Shown here in pieces: positions 11,793-21,460 of a DNA stretch of 64,000 nt. Positions within the stretch are counted from its first letter, which is position 1. Every line of letters starts with the position of its first letter. The notes beneath the pieces are model-generated. The model worked only from the letters and a program-made list of their open reading frames with translations. It had not been told where the DNA came from and did not search any database. The stretch spans positions 7,040,001 to 7,104,000 of the forward strand of contig OY762007.1 of NCBI GenBank assembly GCA_963665115.1, in the 5' to 3' direction. The translations under genes were made by a program, and so were the position numbers. The stretch comes from an uncultured Rivularia sp. (GTDB lineage Bacteria > Cyanobacteriota > Cyanobacteriia > Cyanobacteriales > Nostocaceae).

Positions 11793-12161
11793 ATATAGCG
11801 AAAAGTTTGAAAATATGGCTCTTGGCAATAAGTATGTATCTATATTGTGTTAGTTTCTTATCGCTCTAGAAACAGAAAACAATTAACATTACTCTTGCCT
11901 GGAATAAGCCGATTCCCCTCACTCAAGACAGTGGCCGTCCGTAGAAATTAAATAGCTTTTTTACTAATAGCTATTGTATTTCTTAATATTTACAAAAAAA
12001 TAAATCATATCCCGACAGCAGTAGAAATTATCGAAAAATTGAAAAATTGAAAAATCGATAATTTTCTTGAGCTTTGCGGGAATTTAGTTTCATGGAAAGG
12101 GTAGGCAATAATGTAGAATTGCCTGCCGCTATAGAACCTGATTCAGAAGGGAGGCTACTTC

Positions 12162-13110
12162 GTGGCGCAGTTTCAAATTGAATGTGTAGAATCCAATACA
12201 GAAGAAAGTCGGAGCCACTATTCTAAATTTGTTTTAGAACCTTTAGAGAGGGGTCAAGGAATTACAGTTGGCAATGCTCTGAGAAGAGTTTTAATGGCTA
12301 ATTTAGAGGGAACATCTGTTACAGCAGTAAGAATTGCGGGGGTAACTCATGAATTTGCCACCGTCAAAGGCGTGCGTGAAGATGTGTTAGAAATCCTGAT
12401 GAGAATGAAAGAACTTATTCTCAAAAGTCATTCTCCCCAACCACAAATCGGTCGGTTGCTGGTTAACGGCCCCCGCAACAGTTACCGCAGCTCACTTTGA
12501 TTTGCCAAGTGAAGTAGAAGTGATCGACCAGACCCAGTATATAGCTACCTTAGCAGAAGGTGGAAGGCTGGAAATGGAATTTCGGATTGAGAAAGGCAAA
12601 GGCTATCGCACGGTAGAAAGAGGTCGTGAAGAAGCTACATCCTTAGACTTTCTGCAAATTGATTCGATTTTTATGCCGGTGCGGAAAGTTAATTACAGCG
12701 TCGAAGAAACTCGTGGAGAAAATGGCTATCCGAAAGATAGATTGCTTTTAGAAGTTTGGACAAACGGTAGTATTGCTCCACAAGAAGCACTTTCAAATGC
12801 ATCTGCGATTTTAGTGGAATTATTCAATCCGCTGAAAAATATCGAAATTAATCCAGAGGATACGGTTTCAGAAATTGACCAAGATCCAACGGCTCAAATA
12901 CCCATCGAAGAATTGCAACTGTCCGTGCGAGCTTACAACTGTTTAAAACGAGCGCAAGTCAACTCGGTAGCAGACCTATTGGATTATACCCAAGAAGACC
13001 TGCTTGAAATAAAGAACTTCGGTCAGAAGTCGGCAGAAGAAGTAGTAGAAGCTCTACAGCGACGCTTAGGCATTACTTTGCCGACAGAAAGGGCTTCAAA
13101 ACACGCCTAA
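12162..13110 (+). CDS. rpoA: RNA polymerase alpha subunit (split by one extra C at 12470-12474, probably a sequencing error)
   Basis: [16 protein letters not shown] in ORF1; [11 protein letters not shown] and NFGQKS in ORF2; removing one C gives [17 protein letters not shown]. Confidence 0.97.
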
Positions 13111-13158
13111 ATTAAACGAATAATTAAACGTAAAAACGTACAAACGTACTTTGTCACC

Positions 13159-13509
13159 ATGCGTCATCGTTCTAAACTCAAAAAACTTAGTAAACCAGCC
13201 GATCAGCGTCGTGCTTTGCTACGAGCGCTTTCTACAGAACTGATTCGTCACGGACGAATTACCACCACTATTACCCGAGCTAAAGTGGTACGTTCGGAAG
13301 TAGAAAAAATGATTACCTTAGCTAAAGACGGTTCCTTAAACGCACGTCGTCAAGCTATTGGCTATCTTTACGACAAAGACTTAGTTCATGCTTTATTTGA
13401 ACAAGTCCCCACTCGATATAGCGACCGCAAAGGTGGTTATACCCGTATTTTGCGTACAGTGCCTCGTCGTGGTGATAACGCCCAGATGGCAATTATTGAA
13501 CTAGTGTAA
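13159..13509 (+). CDS. rplQ: 50S ribosomal protein L17
   Basis: MRHR, GGYTRI, RRGDNA. Confidence 0.99.
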   Translation: MRHRSKLKKLSKPADQRRALLRALSTELIRHGRITTTITRAKVVRSEVEKMITLAKDGSLNARRQAIGYLYDKDLVHALFEQVPTRYSDRKGGYTRILRTVPRRGDNAQMAIIELV

Positions 13510-13557
13510 TTGGGATGGGGATGTAGTTTTTCTTAGCGACATCCTTAGTTTTATTGT

Positions 13558-14409
13558 ATGTCAGAAAGCCAACCGCCAGAACTTAGTCAAAGGGTTGCCT
13601 TGGTAATCCAATATCAAGGCACTCATTTTCATGGTTGGCAATGGCAACCCAAATACCGTAGCGTTCAGGAAGAAATTGAAAAAGCGATTTCTACTGTAGT
13701 AGGCGGTAAAGTCACCTTACACGGTGCCGGGAGAACGGATAGCGGAGTTCATGCAGCGGCTCAGGTAGCTCATTTCAATATAAAAAGTAAAATTCCACCA
13801 TCAAGGTGGGCATCCATTTTAAATGGTTACTTACCGTCGGGTATATTGATTAGAGCTTCGGCAGGTGTTAACAACGATTGGCACGCTCGTTTTAATGCAT
13901 CATATCGACGCTATCGTTATACGCTATACAACGAGAAGCTACCCAATCTATTCGTAAAACCCTTTAGTTGGCATTATTATCATGCTCCCCTAGATGAATC
14001 CTTAATATATCGTGCGCTTAAACCCTTACTTGGCAAGCATCACCTAGCAGCTTTTCACCGTGCTAATTCTGGACGCAAGCACTCATGGGTAAACGTACAA
14101 GACGTAGAATGTTATCGTAATGGAGCCTTAGTACATATTGAAATTCAAGCAGATGGATTTCTCTATGGTATGGTTCGTTTATTGGTAGGAATGTTGGTTC
14201 AAGTTGCTACCAGAGAGCGAACTTTGGACAATTTTACTCAAATTTGGCAACAAGAACGTCGAGAAGAAGTAAAATATGCCGCCCCTCCACAAGGATTGTG
14301 TTTACTACGGGTAGGATATGACGAATTTCCTTTTCCTCCCGAAATATGGTACGACACTCAGCCCTTGTTTAATTTTACAGATAATTTTCCTTCTGGATTC
14401 TGTAAATAA
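13558..14409 (+). CDS. truA: tRNA pseudouridine(38-40) synthase
   Basis: GAGRTDSGVHA, FLYGMVR, APPQGL. Confidence 0.98.
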   Translation: MSESQPPELSQRVALVIQYQGTHFHGWQWQPKYRSVQEEIEKAISTVVGGKVTLHGAGRTDSGVHAAAQVAHFNIKSKIPPSRWASILNGYLPSGILIRASAGVNNDWHARFNASYRRYRYTLYNEKLPNLFVKPFSWHYYHAPLDESLIYRALKPLLGKHHLAAFHRANSGRKHSWVNVQDVECYRNGALVHIEIQADGFLYGMVRLLVGMLVQVATRERTLDNFTQIWQQERREEVKYAAPPQGLCLLRVGYDEFPFPPEIWYDTQPLFNFTDNFPSGFCK

Positions 14410-14481
14410 ATTTTAGATAATATTCTCAGTAAAATTACTGCATAAAAATGTAAATTTATTAATAGTAGAACGTAGTAAGTA

Positions 14482-14937
14482 ATGAACAAAACCTATCTTC
14501 CCAACCCACAGACAGTAAAACAAGATTGGTATGTAGTAGATGCAGCAGACCAACGTCTCGGTCGTCTAGCTACTGAAATCGCGATGATTTTACGTGGAAA
14601 AAACAAACCAGAATATACTCCACATATGGATGCAGGCGACTTTGTAGTTGTCGTTAATGCAGAAAAAGTTGTAGTGACTGGTAAAAAGAGTTCTCAAAAG
14701 CTTTATCGCCGTCACTCCGGTCGTCCTGGTGGAATGAAGACAGAAACCTTTGAACACCTACAGGGACGTATACCAGAGCGTATTATCGAAAAAGCTGTTA
14801 AAGGTATGTTGCCTAAAAATAATTTAGGGCGACAGTTATTCAGAAAACTCAAAGTTTACGCAGGTCCAGAGCATCCTCATTCCGCACAACAGCCTAAAGA
14901 ATTAACAATTAACACACTTCCAGGAGAACAAAATTAA
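14482..14937 (+). CDS. rplM: 50S ribosomal protein L13
   Basis: WYVVDA, LGRLA, GMLPKN. Confidence 0.99.
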   Translation: MNKTYLPNPQTVKQDWYVVDAADQRLGRLATEIAMILRGKNKPEYTPHMDAGDFVVVVNAEKVVVTGKKSSQKLYRRHSGRPGGMKTETFEHLQGRIPERIIEKAVKGMLPKNNLGRQLFRKLKVYAGPEHPHSAQQPKELTINTLPGEQN

Positions 14938-15347
14938 TGCAAGCAGCAGATAGCGGACGCGCCGTATACTGGGGAACTGGTCGTCGTAAGTCCTCAGTAG
15001 CAAGAGTACGTCTTGTTCCAGGTAACGGAAAATTGACCGTTAACGGTAAAGAAGGCGACTTGTATTTCCAATTTAATCCTAACTATATCGGAGGAATTAA
15101 AGCTCCTTTAGAAACATTGGGATTGGAAAGCGAATACGATATTTTGGTCAGAGCTAATGGTGGTGGTTTAACCGGACAGGCAGATGCAGTTCGTTTGGGA
15201 GTAGCTCGCGCTTTATGTCAGCTAGACCCAGATAACCGTCCCCCATTGAAAACTGAAGGCTATCTTTCTCGCGACCCCAGAGCGAAAGAACGTAAGAAAT
15301 ACGGTTTACATAAAGCTCGTAAAGCTCCTCAGTACTCTAAGCGTTAA
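14937..15347 (+). CDS. rpsI: 30S ribosomal protein S9
   Basis: [19 protein letters not shown]. Confidence 0.99.
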   Translation: MQAADSGRAVYWGTGRRKSSVARVRLVPGNGKLTVNGKEGDLYFQFNPNYIGGIKAPLETLGLESEYDILVRANGGGLTGQADAVRLGVARALCQLDPDNRPPLKTEGYLSRDPRAKERKKYGLHKARKAPQYSKR

Positions 15348-15438
15348 TACAAAGTCTTGCCAACTCTATATTTGAATATTTGAAAAATTGGAGTTGGGTC
15401 CGTCATAATTGATATATACTCACCATTCAGTACGAAAA

Positions 15439-15726
15439 ATGGCAAAACCAGAAATTCATCCAGAGTGGTATCCAGAAGCCAAAGTTTACTGTAACGGTCA
15501 GGTTGTAATGACCGTTGGCTCCACCAAACCCGAATTACACGTTGATGTTTGGTCTGGAAATCACCCCTTTTATACAGGTACTCAGAAGATTATTGATACC
15601 GAAGGTCGCGTAGAACGCTTCCTGCGTAAGTACGGTATGTCGAGTAGCCAAACTCAGAAAAAAGACGAAAATAAAGGCGAAGAAAATAAAGTCGAAGAAA
15701 ATAGCGGCGACGAAAATAAAAAATAG
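15439..15726 (+). CDS. rpmE: 50S ribosomal protein L31 with a repetitive C-terminal extension
   Basis: MAKPEIHPEWY, HPFYTG, GRVERF; ATG at 15439. Confidence 0.97.
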   Translation: MAKPEIHPEWYPEAKVYCNGQVVMTVGSTKPELHVDVWSGNHPFYTGTQKIIDTEGRVERFLRKYGMSSSQTQKKDENKGEENKVEENSGDENKK

Positions 15727-15750
15727 CCACCAGGCAATACTTCAATCAAA

Positions 15751-15778
15751 CGACTCAGCTTTACTGAGTCGGTTTTTT
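15751..15778 (+). terminator. Rho-independent terminator after rpmE
   Basis: CGACTCAG/CTGAGTCG stem followed by a T-run. Confidence 0.8.
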
Positions 15779-15823
15779 AGTCTTTGCCTGTAAATCTATT
15801 TTTTTTAGGAGCGTTGCACCAAA

Positions 15824-16921
15824 ATGGCCGAACAATATTTGTTAGAGAAACTACAATCCGTTGAACAAACCTTTAACGAATTGACTCGTCGCTTAGGCGA
15901 CCCCGATACCGCCAGAAACCCGGATGAGTTCCAGGAAGTAGCAAAGGCGCGTGCTGGATTAGAAGAGGTAGTGAATACCTATGAAATTTGGAAAACTACC
16001 CAAGAAGAATTAACTGGGGCGCGTGAAGTTGCCAAAGAATCGCAAAGCGACCCAGAGATGCACGAAATGGCAGCTTTGGAAGTTAAAGAACTCGAACAGA
16101 AAGTAGAAGAACTTGAAACTCATTTAAAATTATTACTTTTACCCCGCGATCCTAATGATGAGAAAAACATCATGTTGGAAATTCGTGCGGGAACTGGTGG
16201 CGATGAAGCGAGTATTTGGGCTGGCGATTTAGTACGTATGTATTCGCGCTATGCCGATACTCAGGGTTGGAAAGTAAAATTACTCAGCGAGTCTTTAGCT
16301 GAAATGGGCGGCTTTAAAGAAGCAGTGTTGGAAATTAAAGGCGATAGCGTCTACAGCAAACTCAAATTTGAAGCCGGAGTTCACCGAGTGCAGCGCGTAC
16401 CCTTAACTGAATCTGGGGGAAGAGTTCATACCTCTACAGCTACAGTAGCGGTAATGCCAGAGGTGGATGATGTGGAAATCCATATCGATCCGAAAGATTA
16501 TGAAATGTCCACAGCTCGTTCCGGTGGTGCTGGCGGACAAAACGTTAACAAAGTTGAGACAGCAGCAGACCTTTTTCACAAACCTACGGGGATCAGAATT
16601 TTCTGTACCGAAGAACGCAGCCAGTTGCAAAACAAAGAACGGGCATTACAAATTCTCCGTGCTAAGTTGTATGAAATGAAGCTGCGCGAACAACAAGAAG
16701 CCGTTACCGATTTACGGCGATCGCAAGTAGGTACGGGTTCGCGTTCCGAGAAAATTCGCACTTACAACTACAAAGACAACCGCGCCACCGACCACCGTTT
16801 AGGTGAAAACTATTCCCTTAACCCGGTTTTGGAAGGTGATTTAGACTCAATTGTCCAATCTTGCATATCTCAAGATCAGCAAGAACGTTTAGCGGAACTT
16901 GCAGCTTCAGTGAACAATTAA
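15824..16921 (+). CDS. prfA: Peptide chain release factor 1
   Basis: GGQ motif, PxT (PLT) anticodon mimic, [11 protein letters not shown]. Confidence 0.98.
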   Translation: MAEQYLLEKLQSVEQTFNELTRRLGDPDTARNPDEFQEVAKARAGLEEVVNTYEIWKTTQEELTGAREVAKESQSDPEMHEMAALEVKELEQKVEELETHLKLLLLPRDPNDEKNIMLEIRAGTGGDEASIWAGDLVRMYSRYADTQGWKVKLLSESLAEMGGFKEAVLEIKGDSVYSKLKFEAGVHRVQRVPLTESGGRVHTSTATVAVMPEVDDVEIHIDPKDYEMSTARSGGAGGQNVNKVETAADLFHKPTGIRIFCTEERSQLQNKERALQILRAKLYEMKLREQQEAVTDLRRSQVGTGSRSEKIRTYNYKDNRATDHRLGENYSLNPVLEGDLDSIVQSCISQDQQERLAELAASVNN

Positions 16922-16942
16922 GATTAATAGACAATTAAAGAA

Positions 16943-17437
16943 TTAGGAACTGGATACGAAAGGCTTGAAATATTCCCACTCACTAGCCATTCCTACATCA
17001 TCAGAAACCGTCTCTTGTGCCATTGCTTTCAATACACATAGGCGGTTTTGTAATGCATTATAAATTGCGTCTTCCATCTCCACAGGATAGGGATAACACT
17101 TAAGTTCCCGCTCCATAATATGATTTATTAGCTGCAATCTTTTGAAATTAGGGCTAGTTTCAATTAGTTTTTCTACTTCCCTTTGCCAAGTCGGGAAAAT
17201 GCGGTAGCTGAAAAATCCACTGCAAACCCCACCTTCTTGATTCCAGTAAGAGATACAAACCTTGTGTTTTAGTAAAGTAATCTTTTTAATTTCTTTGACA
17301 TCTAAACCAGTCGCTTTCAAAGTCTCTTTCGCCTCGGTTGACGAAATACGCCATAAATCTGGTTTAATTTTATTAGATGTAATTAAATTCTTGCCCTTTG
17401 GGCGGTATCGATTCTTTTTAAATTTTTTGCCGAACAT
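16943..17437 (-). CDS. Hypothetical protein (164 aa, basic N-terminus), divergent from the XRE pair
   Basis: Clean ATG ORF filling the gap between prfA and the XRE genes; no family recognised. Confidence 0.75.
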   Translation of the reverse strand: MFGKKFKKNRYRPKGKNLITSNKIKPDLWRISSTEAKETLKATGLDVKEIKKITLLKHKVCISYWNQEGGVCSGFFSYRIFPTWQREVEKLIETSPNFKRLQLINHIMERELKCYPYPVEMEDAIYNALQNRLCVLKAMAQETVSDDVGMASEWEYFKPFVSSS

Positions 17438-17631
17438 GATGCAACCTGTCTGATGATTCGCAGAAATAACCGATCAATTAGTAGATTCTTAAACTCAACT
17501 GTTCTGATAGTTGTATATTTGCAACCAAAGGAATCATACCTTTAAAGAGACAAAGCTGTCAACATAAAATTAAACTTGTAGTATAGAAACGAAAGTTTTT
17601 GATTTTTATAGTTAATTAGCTAGTCTTCAAC

Positions 17632-17994
17632 GTGGATACACAAAGCAGACAAAAACTTATAGAGATAATTAAATTAGCTCGCGGTTCCATGAGCCAGCGT
17701 GCTTTCGGTAAAGAATTAGGAGTTTCGGCAACTTCTGTTCAAATGTGGGAAAAAGGGCTTAAAACTCCAGACACAAAAAATTTGGCTAGAATCGCCGCTC
17801 AAGCTGGTTATACTTTGGAAGAATTATTATGCTGCTTGGGAGGAAAGCCACTTCCAGAAACTTCTGAATTAAGTGTGATTCTTAGGCAGATAAACAATAT
17901 GCCTTTATCTGAAGTTGCTCAAGTAGTTCAAGCTGGTGTCGATAGAATAACTGCTGCGGCTGAGTCAACTGGAAATCAGGTGAAAGCCAGTTAG
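17632..17994 (+). CDS. XRE/Cro-CI family HTH transcriptional regulator, copy 1
   Basis: MSQRAFGKELGVSATSVQMWEKG..P HTH_3 signature. Confidence 0.92.
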   Translation: MDTQSRQKLIEIIKLARGSMSQRAFGKELGVSATSVQMWEKGLKTPDTKNLARIAAQAGYTLEELLCCLGGKPLPETSELSVILRQINNMPLSEVAQVVQAGVDRITAAAESTGNQVKAS

Positions 17995-18128
17995 AAAAAT
18001 ACAATTGTTTGTAATTAATAATTTGTGTTTTCATAATGCACCTTCCTGATAATTAGATAAGGTTACAATCCATTTGAATTCCAGGCTAGAATAAATTAGT
18101 CATGGCTCAATTTAGCGCTAAAACGGCT

Positions 18129-18198
18129 GCAAGTAAATTTGTCTTTGGCAACTACACTTTAAAAATATCACTAGCAACTTGACTTGTTAATGGCAAGT
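18129..18198. promoter_or_regulatory. Candidate operator cluster upstream of XRE copy 2
   Basis: GCAAGTaaATTTGT (18129), GCAACTacACTTTA (18148), GCAACTtgACTTGT (18174), GCAAGT (18193). Confidence 0.4.
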
Positions 18199-18261
18199 TA
18201 ATAAAACTTAATATAGTTAAAACGTCGAATTATTATTTAAGCGGTTGGATGTATTGCAATA

Positions 18262-18624
18262 GTGGATTCAGAAGCTAGAAAGAAACTGATTGATATAGTG
18301 AAAATGGCTCGTGGCTCTATAAGTCAACGAGCCTTCGGCAAGCTTTTGGGCGTTTCTCCTACTGCCGTGCAGCTTTGGGAAAAAGGAGAATCAATACCAG
18401 ATACGCGGAATTTAGCCCAAATAGCTGAAAGAGCCGGTTATACAATGGAAGAATTGCTTCATTATCTAGGTTTGAAGCAAACATCAGAAACATCTGACGT
18501 GAACCAGATTGTGAAGCAAATTAAAGTAATGCCTTTATCTCAAGTAGCAATTGTTGGTCAAGCGGTTATGGATAGATTAGCTGCTGCGGCTGAATCTATT
18601 GGTAATGAAGCGAAAGCCAGTTAG
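18262..18624 (+). CDS. XRE/Cro-CI family HTH transcriptional regulator, copy 2
   Basis: SQRAFGKLLGVSPTAVQLWEKG; 76/120 identical to copy 1 by manual ungapped alignment. Confidence 0.92.
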   Translation: MDSEARKKLIDIVKMARGSISQRAFGKLLGVSPTAVQLWEKGESIPDTRNLAQIAERAGYTMEELLHYLGLKQTSETSDVNQIVKQIKVMPLSQVAIVGQAVMDRLAAAAESIGNEAKAS

Positions 18625-18981
18625 GTTTACTAAGCAAGGTTTGTAAATTAACCAAGTTGAAAAAATCTAAATTACATACACCCAAAGCAAAGAAGCATAT
18701 CGCGTGAATCTTTCGTGAGATTATCTCAACTTTAACTAATGCTTTAAACAGAATAGTAGCTTGCTGGAAAAAAAACGGCAATGAGAAATTAGTCAATAAT
18801 TTAATGCCTGGATTGAGTTGATCCTAGAGGTTTTGAAGCTCTTTCTAGACTGATAGAAAATGTAGATCCAGAAATTGGATTTTAAGTTTTATAAGTATTT
18901 GGGATTAATTAAAAATAGCAAGCTATACAAAATCTATCTTCCGAATGATGTTTTTTAAATAAGTTACTATGAACAACAAAT

Positions 18982-19008
18982 GTAGAGACGTAGCAGTGCT
19001 ACGTCTCT
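18982..19008 (+). repeat. REP-like palindrome, family A, copy 1
   Basis: GTAGAGACGTAGCAGTGCTACGTCTCT. Confidence 0.9.
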
Positions 19009-19143
19009 TTTTGCAGGAATATCGCGAAAATTTTACTGCCATAACAATTCCAACACGAAAATTGTAGTTAAATTTTGTTAAGATTGGACACAATAGAAAG
19101 CGCGTTCCCTACCTGAAACCGTCCCTTACCTTGGAGATTCTTG

Positions 19144-20838
19144 ATGCTACGACTAGAACATATCAGTAAAATTTATCCCACTGGCGAAGTTCTCAAGGAT
19201 GTTAACTGGGAAGTTAAAGTTGGCGATCGCATTGGTTTAGTCGGTGTGAATGGTGCAGGAAAGTCCACCCAGTTGAAAATCATCATTGGGGAGATGGAAC
19301 CGACATCCGGCGAAATTATTCGTCCCAACAGCCTGCATATAGCTCATCTCAACCAAGAATTTGAAGTAGATCCGACTCGTACCGTCAGTGAAGAATTTTG
19401 GACGGTATTTGAAGAAGCCAACGCAGTACAGTTAGCTCTGGCTGAGGTAACGCGAGATATGGAAAGCGCTTCGCCAGATGAACTCGATAAATTAATTAAT
19501 AAATTAGATAAATTACAAAGGCAGTTTGAAGCCTTAGACGGTTACGGTTTAGAAGCCCGCATCGGCAAGATTTTACCAGAAATGGGATTCGATCAAGAAG
19601 ATGGCGATCGCCTGGTAAGTTCTTTCAGTGGCGGTTGGCAGATGCGGATGGGTTTAGGTAAAATTCTGCTGCAAAAACCTGATTTACTCCTATTAGACGA
19701 ACCTACAAACCATCTGGATTTAGAAACTATTGAATGGTTGGAAAATTACCTCAAAGGTTTGACTACCCCAATGGTAATAGTTTCTCATGACCGAGAATTT
19801 CTTGACAGACTTTGCACTCAAATAGTAGAAACCGAGCGCGGTGTTTCTACAACTTATCTTGGTAACTATTCTCTATATCTACAGCAAAAAGCTGAAAGCC
19901 AATCAGCACAACTAAGCGCATTCGAGCGTCAGCAGAAAGAATTAGACAAGCAACAGGCATTTGTAGAGAAATTCCGCGCTAGTGCTACTCGCAGTACCCA
20001 AGCGAAAAGCCGCGAAAAACAGCTTGATAAAATCGAACGTATTGAAGCACCGATTGCAGGAGTTAGAAGCCTACAGTTTAAATTTCCCCCAGCACCCCGC
20101 AGCGGGCGCGAAGTGGTAGAAATAAAAGATTTAACTCATATTTACGACGATAAAATCTTATTTTTGTCGGCGAATTTATTGATTGAAAGAGGCGATAGAA
20201 TTGCCTTTTTAGGTCCTAATGGTGCGGGTAAATCGACTTTACTACGCTTGATTACAGGTATGGAAAAACCTACCGAAGGCGAAGTGAAATTAGGCGAACA
20301 CAACGTAATTCCTAATTACTTTGAACAGAATCAAGCCGAAGCTTTGGATTTAAATAAAACAGTCATGGAAACAATCCATGATGAAGTTCCCGATTGGACA
20401 AACGAAGAAGTTCGCACTTTGTTGGGAAGATTTTTATTTAGTGGCGATACAGCATTTAAAAATGTTGAAGCTTTAAGTGGTGGAGAAAAAGCGCGTTTGG
20501 CATTAGCGAAAATGCTATTACGTCAAGCAAATTTACTTATTTTAGATGAGCCGACAAACCACTTAGATATTCCCGCAAAAGAAATGCTTGAATCAGCTTT
20601 ACAAGAGTATGACGGTAGCGTAATTGTAGTTTCTCACGACAGATATTTTATCTCTAAAGTAGCTAACAAAATTGTTGAAATTCGCGATGGTGAATTCCGA
20701 GTTTATCTAGGAGATTATCACTACTATTTAGATAAAATTGCTGAAGAGAAAGAGCAACAAAAATTAGCTGCGATTGAAGCAGAAAAAGCCGCTAAAAAAG
20801 CTGCTAAACAGAAGAAAGCAGCGGCGAAGCGTAAGTAA
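19144..20838 (+). CDS. ABC-F family ATP-binding protein
   Basis: Two ABC domains (GVNGAGKST, GPNGAGKST, LDEPTNHLD twice); no TM segments. Confidence 0.96.
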   Translation: MLRLEHISKIYPTGEVLKDVNWEVKVGDRIGLVGVNGAGKSTQLKIIIGEMEPTSGEIIRPNSLHIAHLNQEFEVDPTRTVSEEFWTVFEEANAVQLALAEVTRDMESASPDELDKLINKLDKLQRQFEALDGYGLEARIGKILPEMGFDQEDGDRLVSSFSGGWQMRMGLGKILLQKPDLLLLDEPTNHLDLETIEWLENYLKGLTTPMVIVSHDREFLDRLCTQIVETERGVSTTYLGNYSLYLQQKAESQSAQLSAFERQQKELDKQQAFVEKFRASATRSTQAKSREKQLDKIERIEAPIAGVRSLQFKFPPAPRSGREVVEIKDLTHIYDDKILFLSANLLIERGDRIAFLGPNGAGKSTLLRLITGMEKPTEGEVKLGEHNVIPNYFEQNQAEALDLNKTVMETIHDEVPDWTNEEVRTLLGRFLFSGDTAFKNVEALSGGEKARLALAKMLLRQANLLILDEPTNHLDIPAKEMLESALQEYDGSVIVVSHDRYFISKVANKIVEIRDGEFRVYLGDYHYYLDKIAEEKEQQKLAAIEAEKAAKKAAKQKKAAAKRK

Positions 20839-21460
20839 GCCCAATTAAGGTCAAAGGTCAAAGGTTAGAGTTCAAGGAATTAGTTTTATCGCAAAAACTG
20901 AATATTTTTAGGATAATGCAAGATGTTTGTTTAATTTGAATATCTTGCTCCATTCCAGTAGGAGCCTAAAGAAACCCGGTTCCTTATTGATTTCACAACG
21001 AAATATTGATACTTTCACCAGAATAAACCGGGTTCCTGACTTTAGTGCAAGAGTTTATCTTAATTTAAAATTTAAAATCTAAAATTTCTTGGTGAATTCA
21101 GAATTACACCAACCTTCTTTTCTTAAAGGGTAATTTTAATGCGATAAAAAATTAAATGCATTTTTTTGTTCCCTATTCCCCATTACCGATTACCAATCCC
21201 CTATAGAAATTATTAATATAATTAATCAAACCGAACTCCTATAATAAAACCATTTCTAATAGCAGAATTAAAAATGTCAACTATCTGATGTTACAAAAAC
21301 TTTACTTAATACAAGATAATTGCAAGAAATATATATGAAAAGTAGGGTTAATTCATAAAATAATTTAATACGTAAAAAATTAATAAGCAAAAATTCACTT
21401 GCAGTTGTGAGTGTCAATGGTATTATTCGGATATTACGAAAAGTAAAGGGTATTTTTGTT

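Noticed and set aside
5410..12161. Absence of rpsN, rpmD and rpsD from the spc/alpha operons
   Set aside because: Normal for the cyanobacterial ribosomal cluster.
12460..12510. Naturally split rpoA or programmed frameshift
   Set aside because: A single extra C in a C-run, with the same error type in four other genes; an artefact is far more likely.
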